From contig JAYUEN010000113.1 of the NCBI GenBank assembly GCA_043739185.1, positions 1 through 54,367 of the forward strand: a stretch of 54,367 nucleotides of DNA, given 5' to 3'. Origin of the DNA: Bdellovibrionales bacterium. Its GTDB lineage: Bacteria; Bdellovibrionota; Bdellovibrionia; Bdellovibrionales; JAMPXM01. Positions 34,329 to 42,655 of the stretch are shown piece after piece (position 1 is the first letter of the stretch; every line of letters starts with the position of its first letter). Made by a program: the position numbers and the translations under genes. The notes under the pieces were generated by a model, which ran no database searches, was not told the origin of the DNA, and worked only from the letters and a program-made list of their open reading frames with translations.

Positions 34329-35756
34329 CTAAAGTCGTTTTAAATTTAATACCGTATCCATCATTTCATCTGCGGTCTTAACGATTCGAGCTGAGGCATC
34401 AAAGGCTTTTTGAAACTCGATCATTTTGGTGGTCTCTTCATCGAGACTCACACCACTGATGCTTTCACGAATATTCGCAAGTTGCTTAACAATGCCGTCT
34501 TGCGCATCGTGTGCATTATTGGTTTTCTTCGCAATGACGCCCACTTTACCGACCATGGTATTGTAGTACTCATCCACACTTGCATTGCCATCTGAGAGAA
34601 TTTTTTCGTATTGCAGTCCTGCAATTTTATTGGCAATGCGATTGTCCCCTGAGGCGCCGGCTTTTTCTCCAGCTGCTATGCGCGAAGAGTCCTTTAAAAT
34701 ATCGTCATTGAGTTTTAAATACTGCGAAGCATGTTTGACATCCATCGGCTGCTCAAAGAAATCAACACCGGTTTGATTATAAGAATTGAATCCCTTTGAG
34801 TGGATATCATTGACCTCGTCAGCCAGGGTATAAGCCATTTCATCAACGCCGTCTTTTAAGTCGTTGATAATCGTATCTCGCACCTCAAGTAACCCACCAA
34901 TCGATCCGCCGTGCAATTGCTCGGTGACTTTAAAAGGTGAAGCGTATTCTGAGCTTTTGTACATAATATCGAAATTTCCTTCGCCCTTGTTTTCAGATTC
35001 AGGAGTCGATTGTACAAATAACTGTTTGGCATCATAGCCCGCCACCAGCAGAGCATTATTGCCAGCTGAAACGGTGACGGTGCCATCCGCTCCCTCGGCC
35101 CAGCGAATATTTACCTTTTCACCCAATTTTTTAACTAATAGATCGCGGCGATCACGCTCATCATTTGCAGAGGCACCAGTCAATTCAACAGTCTGAATTT
35201 TCTCGTTGAGGCTTGCAATTTCGGTCGACATTCCGTTGATCTCATTCACATGAGTTTTTATTTGTTGATCGAGATCACTTTGAACGCCGGTGAGCTGTGC
35301 ATTGATGCGTTTGAAATCTTTCGTCACATAGTCGGCAGTCTCTTTTACCAGAGATCTTGTTGCCAGACTTTCAGGATTATTTGAAAGTTCACGAAAGGCA
35401 TTGAAGAACTCAGACATAAATTGATTGAGACCCTTGTTGACCTGTTCATTATAGATAGACTCGACCCGAGTCATAGCATCTTGTTTGCCTGACAAATAAC
35501 CTAAGTGAGATTCTTCAACGCCAATTTGTCTTTCAAGATAGGGATTATTGACCCGATTGATTGCGGCCGCTTTTGCACCCATCCCCACTCTGAGTTTGCC
35601 TTCACCTATTGGGAGATTGGTGACTTGATCAACACGTTGACGAGAATATCCTTCAACACTTTTGGAAGCGATGTTATGGCCAACGGTTTGCAACGCCGTC
35701 TGAGAATTCATCAGAGAGCGTTTTCCCATATCCATTAGGGCGTTGATTTTTGACAT
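34329..35756 (-). CDS. flgK: Flagellar hook-associated protein 1
   Basis: TVGHNIA....GYSRQRV and RESISGVSLDEE...FQKAFDASARI. Confidence 0.97.
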   Translation of the reverse strand: MSKINALMDMGKRSLMNSQTALQTVGHNIASKSVEGYSRQRVDQVTNLPIGEGKLRVGMGAKAAAINRVNNPYLERQIGVEESHLGYLSGKQDAMTRVESIYNEQVNKGLNQFMSEFFNAFRELSNNPESLATRSLVKETADYVTKDFKRINAQLTGVQSDLDQQIKTHVNEINGMSTEIASLNEKIQTVELTGASANDERDRRDLLVKKLGEKVNIRWAEGADGTVTVSAGNNALLVAGYDAKQLFVQSTPESENKGEGNFDIMYKSSEYASPFKVTEQLHGGSIGGLLEVRDTIINDLKDGVDEMAYTLADEVNDIHSKGFNSYNQTGVDFFEQPMDVKHASQYLKLNDDILKDSSRIAAGEKAGASGDNRIANKIAGLQYEKILSDGNASVDEYYNTMVGKVGVIAKKTNNAHDAQDGIVKQLANIRESISGVSLDEETTKMIEFQKAFDASARIVKTADEMMDTVLNLKRL

Positions 35757-35787
35757 CCTGTCCTCTGTCCGCTCAGCACTTCATGCG

Positions 35788-36315
35788 CTAAACTTCTTTT
35801 CTAACCAAATTCCCAGCCGCATCTGATTTTTGCGGCAACATCGATCCTTGTTTTGCGTAGGTAGGTTTTGCCTGCAAAGTATCGCGAATCGCAGACATCG
35901 CCCCGGTGATATTTTTCAAAGCACTACTCACCAATTCTTCATTCTGTTTATTCACTTCACTGACTCTTTTGATAAGCAAATCTAAAACAGAGTGAAGGTT
36001 TCTCAAGCGATCGCCTTTGCTCTCTTCAAGTTTTGACGCTAGCTCGAGCAAGCGTGGCTGATCGACATCCGTTCCAGTTGCAAGAGCTAAATCACGCGCA
36101 CACTTCATGCGCGAGTTTTCGAGCGAACGTACGCGAACTAAAATGGCATCTTTGGCTTTGTTATTCTCATTGAGATCTTCAATTTTGGCCGCTACCAAAA
36201 TGTCCTTTTCCTTACGCACAATTTCAAGCAGGGCACGATAAGCCTTGATCAATTGATCTAAGTTTTCAGAGAGGAGCTGGTAAATTTCGTCTTTTCTTGC
36301 ATCCATGTTATTCAT
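35788..36315 (-). CDS. flgN: Flagellar export chaperone FlgN
   Basis: Helical protein with N..N..L and TY...G; lies between flgM and flgK. Confidence 0.85.
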   Translation of the reverse strand: MNNMDARKDEIYQLLSENLDQLIKAYRALLEIVRKEKDILVAAKIEDLNENNKAKDAILVRVRSLENSRMKCARDLALATGTDVDQPRLLELASKLEESKGDRLRNLHSVLDLLIKRVSEVNKQNEELVSSALKNITGAMSAIRDTLQAKPTYAKQGSMLPQKSDAAGNLVRKEV

Positions 36316-36350
36316 CCTTAAAGAACATAGTTAAAATTTTAAAATCAAAT

Positions 36351-36665
36351 TTAAGAAGGCATTAATAAATGCTCATCGACCATTTTGTCTGCAATTGCAG
36401 ACGCGTCGACATTGTATTTTCCTTCATCTATCATTTTTTGAAGTCGAGCTACTTTTGCTTCATCAACAGTATTGTCTGGCGTAGCAAGTTCTTTTGCTTT
36501 TTTAATACTTTGTGCACGTTCGGACAATTCTACTTTCGATGAGTCTCCGAGTGCTGATGCGCCGACTGATTTTTTATCACGGGCACCATCGACACCGACT
36601 TTTGCAGACTTCGCAGAATCAATATTTGCGGCATTTGCGGTGCTGGTTTTGTTTGATACTTTCAT
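36351..36665 (-). CDS. flgM: Anti-sigma-28 factor FlgM
   Basis: VELSERA and KVARLQKMIDEGKYNVDASAIADKM. Confidence 0.95.
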   Translation of the reverse strand: MKVSNKTSTANAANIDSAKSAKVGVDGARDKKSVGASALGDSSKVELSERAQSIKKAKELATPDNTVDEAKVARLQKMIDEGKYNVDASAIADKMVDEHLLMPS

Positions 36666-36740
36666 TAGACCCTCCGTGGGTTTAAATACCTAAGCTCACT
36701 CTTATTGTATCATAGTGAGACAATGAATTACGAGGGCTAT

Positions 36741-37520
36741 TTATAGGCCGAGATTGGGTTCTTGCTCTTTGTCTGGTTGGCGCGGAAGTGCCGCTTCTTG
36801 AACTGGTGCCGAAAGATTCCAAAAAAAGGATTTAATTTCAGGACTTAGAGTTGCGATTGGCGTGCCTTGTTTGAGCTCCGCATTTTTTGGAAGTGACAAA
36901 AAGACGCCATCAAAAATGAAGGTAGATTTGAAGCCACCATGATGCTCCATGGTCACGGCAGTTTTGCCATCTAACATTTTACTTTGAGAAACAAATTTTC
37001 CGTCCCAAGGAAGCTGCACTTGAGTCGGAGTACCTTCTGCATTTTCTTTGAGTTCAATCTTAAGCGGCATTTGAGACTTTTGGCTAGTTGGTAGCGCTCG
37101 AACATGAGAAACATCTTTGTCAGTCAACTTCATCATGCCGCCAGCCTTAAGCGCTTTCATGCCTGGAGTATTGTCAAAGTAGCGCTCCATGAGTTGGTCG
37201 TAAATAAGCTTTTGCATTCCGACCCCACCTTGATCTCCCCACGCTTCGACATATTGATTATCAAGTTCTTCACGATATATTTTTTCACCCATGCTGGGCT
37301 TCATATAACCCATCTCTCCTGAGCCACGCATAGCCTTTACCATTTCTCTCAAAAATTGCTTTTCATAGAGTTTTGCAACTTCATCAACTTTTTGATTGCG
37401 AGGAGCTAAAGCAGGTTTTTCGGCGCCAGGAATAATTTGTTCTGCACGAGCGTTCTCAACACGTTCACGCTGAGCCGAAGGCTGTGCTAAATTTGCTTTA
37501 TCTATTTTCCCAATACTCAT
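36741..37520 (-). CDS. flgJ: FlgJ-like rod-binding protein with degenerate M23-like C-terminal domain
   Basis: Rod-binding motif YEKQFLREMVKAMR...IYREELD..Y....GG.GM...IY.QL; follows flgI. Confidence 0.85.
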   Translation of the reverse strand: MSIGKIDKANLAQPSAQRERVENARAEQIIPGAEKPALAPRNQKVDEVAKLYEKQFLREMVKAMRGSGEMGYMKPSMGEKIYREELDNQYVEAWGDQGGVGMQKLIYDQLMERYFDNTPGMKALKAGGMMKLTDKDVSHVRALPTSQKSQMPLKIELKENAEGTPTQVQLPWDGKFVSQSKMLDGKTAVTMEHHGGFKSTFIFDGVFLSLPKNAELKQGTPIATLSPEIKSFFWNLSAPVQEAALPRQPDKEQEPNLGL

Positions 37521-37548
37521 TTGTACCTTTGATTAGACCATCATAATT

Positions 37549-37670
37549 CGGGGTTGTGATTTTGAATCAGATCAAGGCGCGATGACTGAGGAGACCGAGC
37601 CGTAGTTCCTCTACGGCGCAGGGTAACCGAAGGAAGAGCAACGAAGAGCTGATTCAAAAGCGCAAGCCCG
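37549..37670. repeat. 122-bp palindromic element (MITE/REP-like), copy A
   Basis: Terminal inverted repeats match at 19/22 positions; central hairpin GCCGTAG-TTCCT-CTACGGC. Confidence 0.75.
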
Positions 37671-37682
37671 CACAAGAAAAAA

Positions 37683-37860
37683 GGGGAGATGAGAGAGAAA
37701 CCTATGTGCATCCTGCACTTACTCTGAGCCCAAAGTCTTTCACCATCTCTGGCTTAGCTGACTTTTCTTTCTGTTTCCTGCTCGAAACGTATGGCCCTAT
37801 CCATCCTGGTTAAGATCTCTAACTCAACTTCCCCCGCACTTAAACACATCCATGTGTTCA
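37683..37860 (-). ncRNA. Candidate CsrA-binding structured RNA (CsrB/RsmZ-like, or a flgJ leader)
   Basis: Four GGA-bearing hairpins or motifs: AACACATGGATGTGTT, CCAGGATGG, GTTTCGAGCAGGAAAC and GTGCAGGATGCAC; no ORF is called in this gap. Confidence 0.5.
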
Positions 37861-37916
37861 AGTTAAACCGTCTTCTCATTTATTTTATGTCATTTTGTCT
37901 CATATCAAAACACTTT

Positions 37917-38927
37917 TTATAAAATTTCGAGCTCGGCCTGGAGCGCGCCGGCTGCTTTCAAATTTTGTAATATCGTAATCAGGTCCTTTGGCGAGACTCC
38001 GAAAGTATTAAGTGCTTTTACTAAGTCACCAACACTTGTTCCGGTGTCTAGAACTGCAACTCTTTCACCAGACTGGTCTTTACCTTTCGATTTTGCTGTG
38101 CCCTCCACCTTAACCGTGAGATCACCGTGAGAAATCGCAACTCGTGAAATTTTCACATTATCGCCTATCACAACCGTCCCGGTCTTTTCGTTCACCACAA
38201 CACGCGCACGGATATCAGGCGCAACATCTAAATTTTCAATCGCCGCCAGCAATTCGACGGCTCTGCCTTCATACGAAAATGGCACCACGATATCGACGGT
38301 CCCAGCGTCCTTTGCTGAAGCGTATTTTCCTGAGAGATCTAAATTAATGCGCTTTGCGAGTCGCGCAGCCGTCGTAAAATCAGGATTGTGCAGTGTTAAA
38401 CGAAACATTTTTTTATTTGTAAAATCCTCACCGACATCGCGCTCGATAATAGCGCCATTTGGGAGTCTCCCTACCGTGGGATGCACATCTGCACCACTTC
38501 CAACAAGAATGGCACCTTGCCCGACTGCATAGACTTGTTGATCCGCAGCTCGTAGCGGGCTCTGCACAAGAGTGCCGCCAGCGAGACTCGAAGCATCTCC
38601 TATTGAATTGACAGTGATATCAATGCGATTTCCGGCTCTTCCAAATGGAGGCAAAGTGGCGGTTATTAAAACGGCCGCGACATTTTTACTGGCCACTTCT
38701 TTTTCTTCGAGCTTCATGCCAACTTTATCAAAGAGCCTAAACATTGATTTATTGGTGAATTCATTTTTGCTATCGCCAGTACCCTTTAGGCCAACAACTA
38801 TTCCGTATCCGATGAGCTGATTGTCTCGAACTCCTCGGACATTGGCGATATCTTTGATCCGAGCGGCATGCACGATCGAACCCAAAAATAAAAAAACAAG
38901 AATTTCAAACAACAACAAACTTTTCAT
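37917..38927 (-). CDS. flgI: Flagellar P-ring protein
   Basis: ARIKDIA...GVRDNQLIGYGIVVGLKGTGD and LK.AGALQAELEIL. Confidence 0.98.
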   Translation of the reverse strand: MKSLLLFEILVFLFLGSIVHAARIKDIANVRGVRDNQLIGYGIVVGLKGTGDSKNEFTNKSMFRLFDKVGMKLEEKEVASKNVAAVLITATLPPFGRAGNRIDITVNSIGDASSLAGGTLVQSPLRAADQQVYAVGQGAILVGSGADVHPTVGRLPNGAIIERDVGEDFTNKKMFRLTLHNPDFTTAARLAKRINLDLSGKYASAKDAGTVDIVVPFSYEGRAVELLAAIENLDVAPDIRARVVVNEKTGTVVIGDNVKISRVAISHGDLTVKVEGTAKSKGKDQSGERVAVLDTGTSVGDLVKALNTFGVSPKDLITILQNLKAAGALQAELEIL

Positions 38928-39745
38928 AAACTCTGTGCCTTTTTCGTATTGACGATGTCAAACTGCGAATCCAAAAGTTTACTCGCAGGCGTGCCGTCAT
39001 CATTAAAATCTTCAGGTCTTACAATTCCAGTAACTATGGCTTTGTATTCGCGCTTGCCAATCATAAAGGCCTGCAGACCCTTCACTCGATAACTGCCATC
39101 CTTCATAATTTCAGTGATTCGTGTGGGTATGCTTTGTACATCAAATTTAGCATCCGTTTTGGGTGGCGCCTCTTCGTTCGCGGCTTCTTTGGCTTGTGCG
39201 TTTGCCGCGGCTTCTTTAGCTGCTGCCGCATTGGCCGGCGCAGCACCAGCCGCACCCGGCGCTGGCGGATTCGCCGCCGGAGCTTGAGGCGGATTGACTC
39301 CTTGGGAAGCCGGCGCTCGATTTAAAAGGCTCTCCGGGTGATCTATCTTATCTAGTAATTTTGCAATCACATGAACTTTAGTTTGCAGCTGTTTTTGTGG
39401 CGCGCCATCTAATTTCACATTCAACATATCGCCAATCAGGCGCACCGTATTTGGCGAAAAGAGATAGGCATTTTGGCCTTCCATCATCCATAGAGACCCG
39501 GCATTAGAACCAAGCCCTGCTTCTTCTTCCATGCGATCTTTTGTCATGCGATATTTTCTTGCTGTGGATGCCTTCAAATTATCTTGCTTAGAAAAGCGCG
39601 CGGCCGCCTCTCCTCTTTTCTCTGCTGAATCTTTTGGATCTTCTTTTCCAAATGCCGAGCGAATGCTTTTATTTATACTCGCACAGCCTGAAAACAGAAC
39701 CACGAAGGTGAGCGCCAAAAAAATAGATGATTTGAATATTTTCAT
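38924..39745 (-). CDS. flgH: Flagellar L-ring lipoprotein
   Basis: Lipobox LFSGC, GSLW, GD.L.V and TGIVRPED; lies between flgA and flgI. Confidence 0.9.
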   Translation of the reverse strand: MKIFKSSIFLALTFVVLFSGCASINKSIRSAFGKEDPKDSAEKRGEAAARFSKQDNLKASTARKYRMTKDRMEEEAGLGSNAGSLWMMEGQNAYLFSPNTVRLIGDMLNVKLDGAPQKQLQTKVHVIAKLLDKIDHPESLLNRAPASQGVNPPQAPAANPPAPGAAGAAPANAAAAKEAAANAQAKEAANEEAPPKTDAKFDVQSIPTRITEIMKDGSYRVKGLQAFMIGKREYKAIVTGIVRPEDFNDDGTPASKLLDSQFDIVNTKKAQSL

Positions 39746-40716
39746 CGGATTTCTACCATTCCTTTGTCTGTCGCAAGGCCCGAAATGATTTTTTGCGTTC
39801 TTTGTATTTTAACTTTTACAAAATCACCCTTATAAGCATTTTGTTGAGCCACGCCATCGATCGAAACTTGCCAACCGTCTTCGCCCATAAAAACCTTTAC
39901 GGTGTCACCAGCTCGTACAAGGCTTTGCTTGCGAATCACTGAACTTCCGATAATTTGATTGGGCATGATATTGTGAATCGCAGAAGAAAACTTGAGATCT
40001 TCAAGTGAGGCAATATTGTCATTGAGATAAGTGATATCCTTTTTTTCATAATTGAAATCGTCATCTTTGATATTTTCACCATTATTTATATTGCGCTTTG
40101 CTACCGGCACAAGTTTTCGAATGATAATATGGCCAGTGAGCCAGTAAAGTCTCTTTGCACCCTCTTGGCTTATCACTTCTAACGGAATTGAAAAAGAGCC
40201 CTTGGGGCTTTGGTTTTCAATTTTAATTTTCCAACGCGAACCTGGCCCCAAATCTTCATTGAGAATCGGCAGCACCAGGCTCGAAATCTCATATTCGCAG
40301 GTGAGGCATTGTTTCTTCAGTTCAAATAGGAGTTCGCTCTCGACATCTGAACTTTCGAGCTTGGTACTCTTTCTCAAGATGAGCACTTCACTAGGAATAT
40401 TCAAAACGATTTTATTAGAGTCTTGAATTTCTTGAAGCTTGGCTCGTAGAATCTGGGCAAAACCAATATTAGAAAAACGACGATTCGCTCCGCGCTCAGG
40501 AGTTTCAATAATTTCAAGCGCATTTAGATTTTCTAAGCGAGTTGAATCAAAACCAGAAAGTTCGGCGACATCTTTAAGGAGAACGAATTTTTGTTCACCA
40601 ATCTTAGATTCAGCGTGAACAGAAATGCGCGGTATGGGCTCACGAGCAGGATTGTTTTCAGCCTGCGCCATATACCCATTCAGAAGAAAACAAAGAATTA
40701 AAGCCAATTTACTCAA
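39742..40716 (-). CDS. flgA: P-ring formation chaperone FlgA
   Basis: C-terminal SAF and LVRAGDTV...G.A.Q....GD.VKV; operon position. Confidence 0.9.
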   Translation of the reverse strand: MSKLALILCFLLNGYMAQAENNPAREPIPRISVHAESKIGEQKFVLLKDVAELSGFDSTRLENLNALEIIETPERGANRRFSNIGFAQILRAKLQEIQDSNKIVLNIPSEVLILRKSTKLESSDVESELLFELKKQCLTCEYEISSLVLPILNEDLGPGSRWKIKIENQSPKGSFSIPLEVISQEGAKRLYWLTGHIIIRKLVPVAKRNINNGENIKDDDFNYEKKDITYLNDNIASLEDLKFSSAIHNIMPNQIIGSSVIRKQSLVRAGDTVKVFMGEDGWQVSIDGVAQQNAYKGDFVKVKIQRTQKIISGLATDKGMVEIR

Positions 40717-40722
40717 TTTTTA

Positions 40723-41508
40723 TTACCTCAAATTATTCATGTATTGCAACATTTGATCAGATGCCTGTATGACTTTCGAATTCGTTTCGTAAGCTCGTTG
40801 AGCGGTGATCATATTGACCATTTCATCTACAATATTGACATTGCTAGTTTCAAGTTCGCCTTGCGAAATAGCACCCAAACCATTTTGGCCGGGCACACCC
40901 TGCTGTGCCACTCCACTGGCCTGAGAAGGCATAAAAAGATTTTTCCCCATCGATTTCAATCCCGCCGGATTTACGAAATTAACAACTTGAATTTGACCTA
41001 TGCTTTGAGGAGCAGTTGAATTTCCGAGGATAACTTGCACTTGGCCATTTGGTGAAATTTCAATTCCAGCTGAGTTGGGTGGAATGGTAATTTCGGGCTG
41101 AAGCGCATTGCCATTGCGGTCTACAATTTTTCCGTTTGGATCTTTTTTAAATGATCCATCTCTTGTATAGGCAATTTGTCCGTCGCTGGTTTGAACAGCA
41201 AAAAAACCGGTTCCGCCAATTGAAAGATCAAGCGGATTTTTTGTTGCTTTAACTGAGCCAATCTCAAAATCTTTCTGTACGGACGCTGTTCTCACACCCA
41301 GGCCGGTTTGAACTCCGGTTGGAGAAACCGCATTCAAACCGCTGGCTGCTCCAGGCTCTTTTTGGGTTTGATACATGAGATCTTCAAATTCGGCGCGTGA
41401 TCTTTTGAAGCCGTTACTCGATACGTTTGCCAGGTTATTGGCAATCACATCCATATTTGTTTGTTGCGCTGCCATGCCTGTTGCCGCAGTATTCAAAGCT
41501 TTTAACAT
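40723..41508 (-). CDS. flgG: Distal rod protein FlgG
   Basis: ALNTAATGM.AQQ...ANNLAN...GFK..RAEFEDLMYQ, YTRDG and LE.SNVNIV.EMV.MI.AQRAYE. Confidence 0.97.
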   Translation of the reverse strand: MLKALNTAATGMAAQQTNMDVIANNLANVSSNGFKRSRAEFEDLMYQTQKEPGAASGLNAVSPTGVQTGLGVRTASVQKDFEIGSVKATKNPLDLSIGGTGFFAVQTSDGQIAYTRDGSFKKDPNGKIVDRNGNALQPEITIPPNSAGIEISPNGQVQVILGNSTAPQSIGQIQVVNFVNPAGLKSMGKNLFMPSQASGVAQQGVPGQNGLGAISQGELETSNVNIVDEMVNMITAQRAYETNSKVIQASDQMLQYMNNLR

Positions 41509-41540
41509 AAACAATCCTTGTTTATAGTTTCAATCATTCA

Positions 41541-42356
41541 CTATCCTTGAGTTAATTTCGGGACATCATTGACTAAACGCTTGTGCATTTCATCGTATGC
41601 TTGAATTGCTTTTTGTGTGCTTTCAAAAGTTCGTGTTGCGGTGATCATATCGGTCATTTCACGAACGGTATTGACGTTACTCGCCTCAATTGTTCCTTGA
41701 TGAACTACCGATTCAGGAGAAAGACTTAGTTTTGGATCTAAATTATCTTTGAAACCAAAGAGTCCACTTCCGGTTTTTAAAAGACTGTCGCGATTTCCGA
41801 CTTCAAGCACCGCTAACTTTCCAAGATTTTCTTGCCCTTCAAAAATTTCACCTTGCGGAGAAATCGAAAGCTTGGCGCCATTGGTTTTGATCATTCGGCT
41901 TTGAGGATCTGCGCCTAAGCCACCATCCTTCAAAACGGGATAACCTTGCTTGGTCACCACTCGCCCTTCGCTATCCAAAGAAAAATTTCCGGCCCGGGTG
42001 AGCTTGACCCCGTCGGGTGTTAGAATTTCAAAAAATCCTTTTCCTTCAATTGCAATATCCAGAGGGTTACCTGTTTGTTTTAAAAAGCCCTGCTGAAAAT
42101 CGGTATAAGTACCGGCAGAATCAACAAATGATTTATCTCCGCCCTGCATATCATAAAAGCTTTCAATACTGGCCGGAATACGAGGGACCTCTACCACTGC
42201 AGGTTGCTTTTCATACGCGGATAAATATTCTTTGAATATTTGACTGTCCCGTTTGAAACCAGGGGTATTGACGTTGGCCAAGTTATTGGCGATGGTCTCT
42301 AACCTCTGAGTTTGTGCCATTGCTCCACTGACTGCTGTGTAAATACCTTTACTCAT
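41541..42356 (-). CDS. flgF: Proximal rod protein FlgF
   Basis: GIYTAVSG...ANNLANVNTPGFK, TRAGNF and EASNVN; precedes flgG. Confidence 0.93.
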   Translation of the reverse strand: MSKGIYTAVSGAMAQTQRLETIANNLANVNTPGFKRDSQIFKEYLSAYEKQPAVVEVPRIPASIESFYDMQGGDKSFVDSAGTYTDFQQGFLKQTGNPLDIAIEGKGFFEILTPDGVKLTRAGNFSLDSEGRVVTKQGYPVLKDGGLGADPQSRMIKTNGAKLSISPQGEIFEGQENLGKLAVLEVGNRDSLLKTGSGLFGFKDNLDPKLSLSPESVVHQGTIEASNVNTVREMTDMITATRTFESTQKAIQAYDEMHKRLVNDVPKLTQG

Positions 42357-42368
42357 GCAAATAGACTG

Positions 42369-42384
42369 AGCAAGCGATATGCCA
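42369..42384 (-). promoter_or_regulatory. Sigma-54 promoter of the flgF operon
   Basis: TGGCAT-ATCGC-TTGCT, a near-consensus -24/-12 element. Confidence 0.85.
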
Positions 42385-42655
42385 GTTGCTGCACGCTTTG
42401 GTCTGGTTAAATGAATTTCTAGCCTTTGATCTATTTTTAATAATCAAAATCAAATTAGACTCAAGCGAATTGAAATTAATCCGAGGCTACTCAAGTCAAA
42501 TACAAACCTACTCTATTAAAGTCTAGCTCCTCGGGCACGACACTTGAAGTTTTTGCGTCAAGCCGCTGACAGACCGTCAAGTAAGATACTAGTCAAAGGA
42601 TTAGCAATTCAATTCTGGACCAGCATCTAGATTCACAATTGTCTAGAATGATAGA

